Under the pieces are notes generated by a model. It was not told where the DNA came from. It ran no database searches and saw only the letters and a program-made list of their open reading frames with translations. The position numbers were made by a program, and so were the translations under genes. DNA of 64,000 nt. It comes from Planctomycetota bacterium (GTDB lineage: Bacteria; Planctomycetota; Phycisphaerae; WQYP01). Positions 1-8,346 of this stretch are shown piece by piece (positions within the stretch are counted from its first letter, which is position 1; the number at the start of each line of letters is the position of its first letter). The stretch lies in contig JAJZCR010000004.1 in the NCBI GenBank assembly GCA_021851715.1, forward strand, positions 8,703-72,702. The letters are read 5' to 3'.

Positions 1-50
1 TGATCAACTTCTTCGAGAAGGACCTTCCAGTGGCGATATTCCAGGCCTGA
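1..50 (+). CDS. 3' end of an unseen upstream ORF (...INFFEKDLPVAIFQA*), partial at window edge
   Basis: Frame 3 is open from the window edge to TGA at 48-50. That stop overlaps the ATG at 50-52 (TGATG), a typical translational-coupling junction. No function can be assigned from 15 residues. Confidence 0.35.
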   Translation, partial: INFFEKDLPVAIFQA

Positions 51-508
51 TGGTTTTGGACGCGGCGGCAACTGTGGACTATTACCCAGCCAGATGGATT
101 GGACCAAAAGGACGAACGGGGTGCTATGTGGCGCGCAGAAACCCAGCCTACGGAGCCCCGTTATGGTGTTACGTACAGTTGGAAGACGGGGTAGCAAAAT
201 ACATGGTAGACTTTCCCACGAAAGGCAGCCGATGGAGAGGTTGCGATGAGGCATGGCATCTTCAAATGGCGATTGACGCCCATCGAGGAGTCCCTCAGAA
301 ATTTAAACTCTCCACGGCCCGCCCAGGTTCGTACGACCTACACATGTACTCGCCGTTGCCCATGTGGGCAGAGCGACGGTGGGAGGCGATTGGTACACGA
401 ATTGAAGCGGCCAACTGCTTGCTTGCGTTTCGTTTTCCACAGATTGAGATCGACGAGGAACGCCACTTCGCGGTTTCGTCGCTGTGGCTTGCACAGGTCG
501 GTGATTAG
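50..508 (+). CDS. Hypothetical 152-aa protein, orphan partner of the giant helicase
   Basis: This is a track ORF whose ATG overlaps the upstream stop, and it ends (TAG 506-508) 23 nt before the helicase ATG. It shares the helicase's atypical codon usage. It is Trp/Arg-rich with 4 Cys and has no TM segment, signal peptide or motif I recognise. Confidence 0.55.
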   Translation: MVLDAAATVDYYPARWIGPKGRTGCYVARRNPAYGAPLWCYVQLEDGVAKYMVDFPTKGSRWRGCDEAWHLQMAIDAHRGVPQKFKLSTARPGSYDLHMYSPLPMWAERRWEAIGTRIEAANCLLAFRFPQIEIDEERHFAVSSLWLAQVGD

Positions 509-531
509 AATTATACCAGTTGGAGTAATAT

Positions 532-3500
532 ATGTCGATGACAATTGGAGAGACGATTCAAGAGTTGCACACGGCACTTCGTGACTACATCGAAGCGACG
601 TATCACATCAGCAATCCGGTACTTGTGGAGCAGCGCCGTCAACTCCTGGAACAGCCGGGAATTATCCATCAAAAGCCATACCTGGAAAGTACGCCGCGGT
701 ACAACACTTCGAGCTCATTTGCTTCACTCGGCCTCGACTCCGCCGCGCTGGAGGTATTCTCTGACGTTTCAGAACAAAAGGGTGAGTTGGGCGTGCTCAT
801 CCATGATCCGCCGTATCAACATCAAGCGGCGGCAACGAAACTCGCGCTCGTGGATGGGCGCAGCCTTATGGTCATGACCGGGACGGGCTCGGGTAAGACG
901 GAATGCTTTCTGCTTCCGATTCTTGGAAAGCTCGCACGCGAGGCGAAAGGTAATGGGCCAGAATTCGGCCACACGTCTGCTGTTCGTGCCATGGTGCTTT
1001 ATCCGATGAACGCGCTCGTCAATGATCAACTCGGACGACTGCGGCTGCTATTTGGCGACCCGCGCATCGTCGAGCGCTTCATGAAGTGGTCGGGGCGGCC
1101 CGTACGTTTTGCACGCTACACAGGCCGAACCCTCTATCCAGGCGTTCGCGACGAAGACAAAGATAAAGAGCGCCTCGCACCCATAGGCAAGTATTACGTG
1201 GACAACCTTGAAATCGCTGGCGGTGCAACAAATCCTGGACAAGCCGCAGCGGCCAAGCTGGTTAACGAGTTGCAAAAGCGAGGAAAATGGCCATCGAAGC
1301 CCGACCTGGCCGCGTGGTACGGAAAGAAGAATGCGCGATGGCGTGATGCAAAGACCGGCGAATTCAAGCGATGCGTGACGTTGCCGTCTGATCCTGAACT
1401 GATCACCCGTCATGAAGTACAGGCGGCACCACCCGATGTACTGGTCACCAACTACTCGATGCTCGAGTACATGCTCATGCGGCCCCTTGAGCGGCCGATC
1501 TTCGATGCCACCCGAGATTGGCTGCAAGCGAATCCAGACGAAAGATTTCTGCTTGTTATCGACGAAGCTCACTTGTATCGCGGAGCGGGTGGCGCTGAAG
1601 TTGCGCTTCTTATTCGACGCTTACGCATGCGGCTCGGCATCCCCGCCGAACGTCTTCAGGTGATTTGCACAAGTGCCAGCTTTGAGGATGCGGATTACGC
1701 TGTCCAATTCGGCGCTCAACTCACCGGCAAAGAAGTTTCCGATTTCAGCCAAGTGCAAGGAGGCCTCAATTGGCGGCCTAACGCGGCCGCAGGCACAGCC
1801 GATGATGCCCAAGCACTCGTGGCCATCGACCTTCAACAATTCTACGATGCTGAATCCGACGCAATACGACTGAATCAGGTGAGGTCGTTCCTTGACTACA
1901 GGCATGTCGGCACCGGCTACGGCTTGCAGAAGGCCCTGCATGTGGCTCTCGCTTCATTTCCAGTGATGGCCCAACTAATCAACATCACCATGACTGAGGC
2001 CCAACCACTGGACGGGCTCGCTGACGCGCTCTTTCCGAATAGCCCAACCTTAGTTGCGGCGCACGCTGTCACAAATCTGATTGCGCTGGGCAGTATTGCC
2101 CGACCGTCGCCTTCCGAGCCGGGATTGCTACCTTGCCGGATTCATTCATTTTATCGCGGGTTACCTGGGCTTTGGGTCTGCATGGACCCAGACTGCACTG
2201 CTCTGCCAGCGCTACAGCGCGGCAGAATCTGCGGAAAGCTTTACGGACAACCGGTTGACGCGTGCAAGTGCGGTGCCCGAGTCCTTGAACTGTTCACATG
2301 TCGCGGTTGCGGAACCGCGTACGGTCGGGCATACACGAATGATGTTGAGTCGCCTGACTATCTCTGGTCGGAGGCGGGTAGTGCGTTCCGCACCTCGGCC
2401 GGCGATTTCGACGCACTATCACCAATAGACCTTCTTCTGGAGGAACCAAGCGACCGAGACGGGATTGAGCCAGCGGAATATGACCTCGTTACGGGTCGCC
2501 TAAACCCCAAGAAGCTTGGCAGCAGAAACCGGCAGGTCTTCATTCGCTCTGCCCGCGGCAATGCGCCTGACGATGACGACGGACCGCGCGCAGCAGCGCC
2601 AGGCGAATTCCGACCGTGTGCCGTGTGCGGAGAAACCGCGTCCTTTGGCCGCTCATCTGTCCAGGATCATCAGACCAAAGGAGATCAGCCATTCCAAGCG
2701 CTCATTGCGAAGCAGATTCAGGTTCAGCCCCCAAGCGCTGTGGCGGCCACAAACCTTGCACCGCTGCGGGGTCGCAAGGTTCTGATTTTCTCGGATTCTC
2801 GGCAAGTGGCAGCACGACTTGCGCCAAATCTTCAGACTTATTCCACGCAGGATGCAATGCGCCCCCTCATTTTGGCTGGATACGCAAAACTCTCAAACTC
2901 ACCGATTGTTGCCACTCTGCTTTCACTGGAAGATCTGTATCTCGGCGTGCTGATAGCCTCGAAGGAACTCGGAGTGCGGCTTCGTCCGGAACTGAAAGCT
3001 GGCGAGAGCTTCCAAGACGAGCTTGTTGTCGGAGAAGCCGTGAGAAATGGCGTCGTGTCGAAGGACACAGAGTTGCTGCAACTGTTCAATCAGTTGCGAG
3101 CGTCCGCGCCGCCAGAGTCTTTGTTGCGTGCCATTACGAAGTCGCTCGGTGATCGCTACTACGGACTGGAGTCGCTCGCTCTTGCCTCCTTGGTCGAGCG
3201 CGCCGCCCACACGGGCAAACTTCAAGCACTGCCCGACATTCCCGGCTATGCCGTTACGGCCGCAGAGAAGCTCGCACTCGCGCGAGCGTGGCTGCGCTGC
3301 TGGAACCGGCCCGGACTGTGGCTTAGTCGTATGCCTCCGGCATGGTGGCTCGTCGAAGTGCAATCGCATTCCGGCAAATTCAAGGACATCCAGCAACGAC
3401 TTCTGCCAGACAAAACCGCTCACAAAGTGTTTGAGCATGATTGGATTCCCAAGCTGCTCGCAATCTTTGCCGATCAAGTGTCACCGGGGAAATACCGGAT

Positions 3501-6072
3501 GAAAGGAAGCGAACTGTCGCTATTGATTGGCGGCAGTTGGTCGTACTGTCAATCATGCCGAACGGCGCAGCGCCCATTCCCCGGCCGTGCCACGTGCGTC
3601 AACTGCGGACACAATAAGGCACAACCCATTGATCCCAACACCGACACTGTCTTCGTGGCGAGAAAAAACTACTACCGAGCGAGCACCGTCAATGCTTTGC
3701 GGGACCCGCCAATTCCACCGATGGCATTGATCGCGGCGGAGCACACGGCGCAGCTAAATACGGCACAAGCCCAAGACGTTTTCTCCAAAGCCGAGGAGCA
3801 TGAGTTACTGTTTCAGGACGTAGATCTCGGCGGTGACAGCACCGGCCGTGACCGGCCTGCGATTGACGTGCTTTCCTGCACCACGACGATGGAAGTCGGA
3901 ATCGACATCGGAACTCTATCAGGCGTTTCGCTCAGAAACATGCCGCCGGCACGCGCCAACTACCAGCAACGTGCTGGCCGAGCTGGCCGCCGCGGCAATG
4001 CCGTAGCGACCGTAACGGCCTTCGGTAGCGCAGACAGCCATGATGAGCACTATTTCTCGAATCCCGACCAAATAATTCGCGGGGCGGTGGCCGATCCGAT
4101 TTTAACGCTCGCAAATTGCGAGATCGCCCGGCGCCACGTCACGGCGTATCTGCTTCAGCGTTACCACCAACACAAGCTGCCCAACATCCGTCCCGAGGAT
4201 CAGCCACATCTTTTTGCTGTTCTCGGCACCGTTTCGAGCTTCAAAGACGCCAATTCGGTCCTGAACCGTTCGGATCTTGGCGAGTGGCTTGCTGCGAATG
4301 AGCACATACTCAAGCAGGAGATACTTGCTTGGTTGCCTGCTGAGATACCACACGAAGACCGGCAGCACATGGCGGATGCGCTAATCACTGAGACGCTTCA
4401 GCCGATTGATGCGGCCATTGAATATGCTGCTGGCACCACACCGACAGTCGGCAGTTCAGGACCGCAACAAGGTAGCCCGGATGCACCGGTTTCAGAGGTC
4501 CAGGACGAAGAAGGTGAAGAATGTTCGGTTCAAAATGGAGCCTCGGAAAATCTGCTCGATCGGCTCCTCTACAAAGGCGTGCTCCCGAGGTATGCATTTC
4601 CAACAGACGTGTCCGCGTTTCATGTCTTTGATCCCGAGCGGTCAACAAAATACAGGCCTGCGTTTCGCTTTACTCCGTCGCAGGGTTTACCAGTCGCGCT
4701 TTCAACATACGCCCCAGGCAAAGAAGTCTGGATCGGTAGTAAGCTCTGGACATCGGGGGCGATCTATTCGCCGATTTCGAGCGATCGGTATCGGGCTTGG
4801 GAAGCCCGGCGATATTACTACGAGTGTCGGTACTGCCATTATGCTCGCACGACGAGCATGACGGAGGGAACGCGTGGCGAAGTGAAGGATTGCGAGGCTT
4901 GTGGCAAGGCCGGCACATTCGGGCCAGCCACCTATTGGCTCCGACCACCAGGCTTCGCTCATCCAGTATTTAAGGAAGAAGGAACCTCTCCCGACGATCA
5001 GCCGGCTCGCAGCTATGCTACGCGAGCGAAACTGGCGATGCCGACGCCGCCCGATGAGGCCAAGTGGATCAGACTCAACGACCATGTCCGTGTCTACGGC
5101 ACACGGCAGCATCTTCTTGTGACAAACCGCGGACCTCGTGGGGAAGGCTATACCTACTGCACCAAATGCGGGCTGATTGAACCGACGGCTCTACCCAACG
5201 GGATAGTCGGCGCTGCGCATCGTAAACCATTTCCAGATTTGAAGGAGCCGATGTGTCCCGGTGGCGGAGCCACCCGTGGTATGGTGCTCGGCACGGACTT
5301 TATCAGCGACGTCCTCTTGATTTCCCTCAATATAGACGCGCCGTTAATGCTTCTTCCCGGATTGCTTGCAACCGATGTCGCGCTGCGAACGGTCAGTGAG
5401 GCTCTCACCAAAGCAGCTTGCCTCCGGCTCGAGTTGGAAGCGAACGAGTTGCAGGCCGAGTACCGGCCCGCGTTGACGCCCGACGGCCGCGAGGGTCGCG
5501 AGGCCGAAATCTACCTATATGACACGCTTTCCGGAGGAGCCGGGTTCGCTCAGCGCGTCGGGAAGCTCGGGCCCGCGGTGTTCGAAGATGCGCTTGGGAT
5601 TCTCCGGAATTGTCCGGCGAATTGCGACAGGTCGTGTTACCGCTGTTTGCGAAGCTACAAGAACAAGTTTGAACATGATCTTCTCGATCGTCACGTCGGT
5701 GCAAGTCTCCTCCGCTTCGTCCTACACAACGAGGTTCCGGCCGTGACGCCGGATCGCCTTGAACGCTCCACAGAATTGCTTTTTCAGGACTTGGAACGCC
5801 AAGGGGTCGATGGCCTGACGCTGACCAGAAACGCGGTAGTATCCGTGCCAGGTCTGCCGAACGTGGTAGCGCCGATACTCGCAACCACTGCTGCCGGCCA
5901 GCGAATGGTGATCGGGCTGCATGGCCCGCTGACCCCGGGCACTCTGGACGACGATGCGTTGACTCAACTGAAAAAGTTGCCCCTTGCTGTTCCGGTTGAG
6001 GCAATTGATGAGCTTGTTGTTCGTAGAAATCTTCCCAGCGCGACCGCTTCGCTTCTGTCAAAACTTGGATGA
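532..6072 (+). CDS. Giant SF2 DEAH-box helicase with multiple Zn-ribbons and C-terminal DUF1998/MrfA-type Zn-binding domain (DruE-like / DrmA+DrmB-fusion-like)
   Basis: GGAG lies at 522-525, 6 nt before ATG 532. N-lobe motifs: Q-motif PYQHQ, Walker A MTGTGSGKTE (GTGSGKT = nt 877-897), LYPMNALVNDQ, TNYSMLEY, DEAH box VIDEAHLYRG (DEAH = nt 1561-1572) and TSAS. C-lobe motifs: RecA2 entry KVLIFSDSRQ (aa ~750), motif V TTTMEVGIDIG and motif VI QQRAGRAGRRG (nt 3964-3996). The C-terminal DUF1998-type block is YLYDTLSGGAGF...CPANCDRSCYRCLRSYKNKFEH (nt 5611-5676). Confidence 0.85.
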   Translation: MSMTIGETIQELHTALRDYIEATYHISNPVLVEQRRQLLEQPGIIHQKPYLESTPRYNTSSSFASLGLDSAALEVFSDVSEQKGELGVLIHDPPYQHQAAATKLALVDGRSLMVMTGTGSGKTECFLLPILGKLAREAKGNGPEFGHTSAVRAMVLYPMNALVNDQLGRLRLLFGDPRIVERFMKWSGRPVRFARYTGRTLYPGVRDEDKDKERLAPIGKYYVDNLEIAGGATNPGQAAAAKLVNELQKRGKWPSKPDLAAWYGKKNARWRDAKTGEFKRCVTLPSDPELITRHEVQAAPPDVLVTNYSMLEYMLMRPLERPIFDATRDWLQANPDERFLLVIDEAHLYRGAGGAEVALLIRRLRMRLGIPAERLQVICTSASFEDADYAVQFGAQLTGKEVSDFSQVQGGLNWRPNAAAGTADDAQALVAIDLQQFYDAESDAIRLNQVRSFLDYRHVGTGYGLQKALHVALASFPVMAQLINITMTEAQPLDGLADALFPNSPTLVAAHAVTNLIALGSIARPSPSEPGLLPCRIHSFYRGLPGLWVCMDPDCTALPALQRGRICGKLYGQPVDACKCGARVLELFTCRGCGTAYGRAYTNDVESPDYLWSEAGSAFRTSAGDFDALSPIDLLLEEPSDRDGIEPAEYDLVTGRLNPKKLGSRNRQVFIRSARGNAPDDDDGPRAAAPGEFRPCAVCGETASFGRSSVQDHQTKGDQPFQALIAKQIQVQPPSAVAATNLAPLRGRKVLIFSDSRQVAARLAPNLQTYSTQDAMRPLILAGYAKLSNSPIVATLLSLEDLYLGVLIASKELGVRLRPELKAGESFQDELVVGEAVRNGVVSKDTELLQLFNQLRASAPPESLLRAITKSLGDRYYGLESLALASLVERAAHTGKLQALPDIPGYAVTAAEKLALARAWLRCWNRPGLWLSRMPPAWWLVEVQSHSGKFKDIQQRLLPDKTAHKVFEHDWIPKLLAIFADQVSPGKYRMKGSELSLLIGGSWSYCQSCRTAQRPFPGRATCVNCGHNKAQPIDPNTDTVFVARKNYYRASTVNALRDPPIPPMALIAAEHTAQLNTAQAQDVFSKAEEHELLFQDVDLGGDSTGRDRPAIDVLSCTTTMEVGIDIGTLSGVSLRNMPPARANYQQRAGRAGRRGNAVATVTAFGSADSHDEHYFSNPDQIIRGAVADPILTLANCEIARRHVTAYLLQRYHQHKLPNIRPEDQPHLFAVLGTVSSFKDANSVLNRSDLGEWLAANEHILKQEILAWLPAEIPHEDRQHMADALITETLQPIDAAIEYAAGTTPTVGSSGPQQGSPDAPVSEVQDEEGEECSVQNGASENLLDRLLYKGVLPRYAFPTDVSAFHVFDPERSTKYRPAFRFTPSQGLPVALSTYAPGKEVWIGSKLWTSGAIYSPISSDRYRAWEARRYYYECRYCHYARTTSMTEGTRGEVKDCEACGKAGTFGPATYWLRPPGFAHPVFKEEGTSPDDQPARSYATRAKLAMPTPPDEAKWIRLNDHVRVYGTRQHLLVTNRGPRGEGYTYCTKCGLIEPTALPNGIVGAAHRKPFPDLKEPMCPGGGATRGMVLGTDFISDVLLISLNIDAPLMLLPGLLATDVALRTVSEALTKAACLRLELEANELQAEYRPALTPDGREGREAEIYLYDTLSGGAGFAQRVGKLGPAVFEDALGILRNCPANCDRSCYRCLRSYKNKFEHDLLDRHVGASLLRFVLHNEVPAVTPDRLERSTELLFQDLERQGVDGLTLTRNAVVSVPGLPNVVAPILATTAAGQRMVIGLHGPLTPGTLDDDALTQLKKLPLAVPVEAIDELVVRRNLPSATASLLSKLG

Positions 6073-6082
6073 CGGGCAACGG

Positions 6083-6316
6083 ATGATGAGCACGGCAATT
6101 CCAACGACAACGTGGCCTTGGACAGCGACTTCGCCAACTTCGTGGCCCAACGCGCCGGACGATTTAACTTTTAGCGCGCTGAAGGAAATAGAGACGTGTC
6201 CCCGCCGCTGGGCTTTGGCTTGGACGAGTTATCCCTCGCTTTGGGGTGATCGCGGATATCCCCCGAAACCCAACATCCGAGCCCTTGCCGGAATCATAGT
6301 GCACACTGTGCTGTAA
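6083..6316 (+). pseudogene. N-terminal stub of a Cas4/RecB/AddB-like PD-(D/E)XK nuclease, truncated by in-frame stops
   Basis: It starts 10 nt after the helicase stop. It encodes ...PDDLTFSALKEIETCPRRWAL...GIIVHTVL*, which resembles the Cys-containing N-terminal helix and the GxxxH motif of Cas4-type nucleases. TAA at 6314-6316 and a second TAA at 6335-6337 end the frame, and no D...(D/E)xK core follows. It could alternatively be an intact 77-aa ORF. Confidence 0.45.
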
Positions 6317-6648
6317 TCCATTACCAAGGAACTGTAAACGCCGGGTGCCCGTCGGTGCTTGACGCCTCTGCCGTCGTGGTGCGTCGGTGCTGGGGACCGT
6401 CACCTATTAAATACCGGCGTGCAATTTGCCTTTCCTTGGCCTTCCGGGGGGGTAGTGCGCGCAAGGGTCGTCCGACAAGTTTCTCAAGTTTACTCATGGT
6501 GCTGTCACCGGGCAGCGGCCGGCCGGTTGGCGTGGCCCGGCGACGCATCGCGATTTCTCTTGGATCGTCGGGCTGCCGGAGGAAAGCCTGCCACGCCTGC
6601 GGAGTCGGCCGGGGTCTGCTGACACCGTTGGTGTTCGCCACGGCTGGA

Positions 6649-6800
6649 GGGACCCAGCCGGCTACGGCAGGCTGGACGGGAGACGGGCGGTCCCGATTGG
6701 CGACTCCTGTCACATCGGGATTTCGGCATCCATGCCTCAACGGCGGGGACGCCTGCATCACAAAACAGGAGCATCGCCGGAGAGTGCGGGGGCGGGTTTC
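6649..6800 (+). repeat. Diverged copy (A) of a dispersed intergenic repeat element
   Basis: GGGACCCAGCCGGCTACGG (6649-6667) matches 17449-17467 with 2 mismatches. The hairpin TCCCGAT (6691-6697) / ATCGGGA (6714-6720) is followed by TTTCGGCATCCATGCCTCAACGGC, which matches 17413-17444 with 3 mismatches and 1 indel. The tail to 6800 aligns only loosely with 17449-17506. Confidence 0.4.
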
Positions 6801-8346
6801 AGGGCACAAGCGCCGCCAGGGCTTCCACATCGCCGGAGGTTTCATCCGTCACCCCGTGCGACTCATGGCGCTGGGGGACGGTAGGACCGTACTGGGCATT
6901 TTCCCGACCGGCGTGCACATCTTCGCGCACCTGCTGGAGGCCCTTAAAAATATCCGCAGCCGAACGATAGGTGGCGCTGGCCCCGTCCATCGGGCGGAGA
7001 ACAGCCTCCGTGAGCCGCTTGATCAGCCGGGCTTCCAGAGTTCGCGGACCAAACCGCACCAACCCCCGGAAATCCGGATTGCCGTGCGGCTTATTGAACT
7101 GGACCGCCAGATAAAATAAATCCACGGCCTTGTCCACCTTGTGATGGCCGTCGCTGAGCACGCGCGATGTCACCAGCCCCTGATCTTTCATCTGGCCGAG
7201 CATGCGCTGAATCTGGCTGGTGCGCATCATTTCCTCAAAGAGTGTGGACAAAAGCGAATTGTCCGCGAACTTTTCGCCCACCCGCACCGCCGAGCCAAAG
7301 TCAATGAAGCCCACGCCGTGCTGGGTAACCACAAAATTATCCAAACGCAGATCCAGGTGAATCACGCCGATTTTGTCATGCATCACGGCCAGCAATTCCG
7401 CCGCCTGCGAACAAAAATCCAGTTGGGACAGCCCGGCCCCGCCGTTGCGCATCCAGTTCATGTACAACGTGCGCACGAAACCGCGGGAATCGTGCTCGAC
7501 CCCCAAACACCGCGGCACGCGATTTTTGTATGGTTCGGGCAGATCTCGCTCCAGGATCTTGAGCATGGCCGCTTCCCGTGTCAGAAAGACCGGGAATATC
7601 TTTTCCGTGAACTTTCCCGCCCGCCGCCGGATGTCATCCATGGACGCATCCGGAAATCGTTCCTGCAGCCGGGCCATCACCCGGTCAATGGTGGGCACAC
7701 GCTTCACCACCACATAATTTTCATCCTCGGCATGCCGTTTGGCCAATTGCACGTGATACGTAAAACGATCGGACGATTGTCCGGGTTTGATCAGGTCCAC
7801 CTTCCGCACCACAAAATAATGGACCTTTCTGGACCAGGGCAGCGGCAAGCGGCGTACGCGCGTCACCGGCACATCGATGAGAAACCCCGCCCACCGTCTG
7901 TAACGCTGGGCTAAGTTATGCACGGCCTTTTGATCATCGGAGAAAAAAATCACCCGCCCGCCCCACCGCAGGCTAGAAAATAATTCATCCGGAGTCGCAT
8001 TTTCATTGGCGGGGATAAACAGATGGTAAGTCAACCCGCGCTGATCACCGCTGAAACCATCCGGCAGCGTCTGCAGATATTCGCGGTCATGGTCAAATAC
8101 TTTGTGCTGTAAAACGGGAACCAGCGGCGAAGAGTCCGCCAGTTTAAGCAAGCGGTCCAGAATTACAGAATCATGTGTCGGCATCATATTCAGCCCACCT
8201 GTGAAAACGTCCAGGTCTGATACCGCGTCCTGCTCGAAATTTCCGTCCTTGGCATTGCAGCCGGTATTCTCTACCTGGTCCTTTTCCCGGCGCTGCAGGG
8301 TCGAAGCCTCTTCAGGAACCCCGTCTTTCATCGGTGAGCTATTCAT
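6799..8346 (-). CDS. Atypical protein-kinase-like protein (Kdo/WaaP/RIO-like catalytic loop) with an uncharacterised ~250-aa N-terminal domain
   Basis: The catalytic loop is VIHLDLRLDNFVV (HxDxxxxN), the DFG-type motif is GFIDFGSA, and there is a VVVKRV Lys candidate. Codon usage is host-like. The start is uncertain: ATG at 8346 (MNSSPMKDG) or GTG at 8409. Confidence 0.7.
   Translation of the reverse strand: MNSSPMKDGVPEEASTLQRREKDQVENTGCNAKDGNFEQDAVSDLDVFTGGLNMMPTHDSVILDRLLKLADSSPLVPVLQHKVFDHDREYLQTLPDGFSGDQRGLTYHLFIPANENATPDELFSSLRWGGRVIFFSDDQKAVHNLAQRYRRWAGFLIDVPVTRVRRLPLPWSRKVHYFVVRKVDLIKPGQSSDRFTYHVQLAKRHAEDENYVVVKRVPTIDRVMARLQERFPDASMDDIRRRAGKFTEKIFPVFLTREAAMLKILERDLPEPYKNRVPRCLGVEHDSRGFVRTLYMNWMRNGGAGLSQLDFCSQAAELLAVMHDKIGVIHLDLRLDNFVVTQHGVGFIDFGSAVRVGEKFADNSLLSTLFEEMMRTSQIQRMLGQMKDQGLVTSRVLSDGHHKVDKAVDLFYLAVQFNKPHGNPDFRGLVRFGPRTLEARLIKRLTEAVLRPMDGASATYRSAADIFKGLQQVREDVHAGRENAQYGPTVPQRHESHGVTDETSGDVEALAALVP

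Noticed and set aside
246-584. 112-aa ORF overlapping the 152-aa ORF and the helicase start in another frame
   Set aside because: It overlaps two better-supported, coupled ORFs, and its R/C/T-rich translation has no features.
5405-6079. 224-aa minus-strand ORF overlapping the helicase C-terminus
   Set aside because: It is antisense to the DUF1998 region, which has clear conserved motifs, and its translation is R/P/S/A-rich nonsense.
6578-6588. GGAGGAAAGCC resembling the RNase P RNA CR-I box (GAGGAAAGUCC)
   Set aside because: The invariant GUCCGGGC continuation and the other conserved RNase P regions are absent nearby on either strand, so it is probably a chance match.
6321-7119. ORFs 6321-6845 (-), 6355-7119 (+), 6359-6622 (+) and 6505-6774 (-) in the GC-rich spacer
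   Set aside because: No protein-like composition or motif was seen. They overlap each other and the kinase-like gene, so I treated the region as non-coding.
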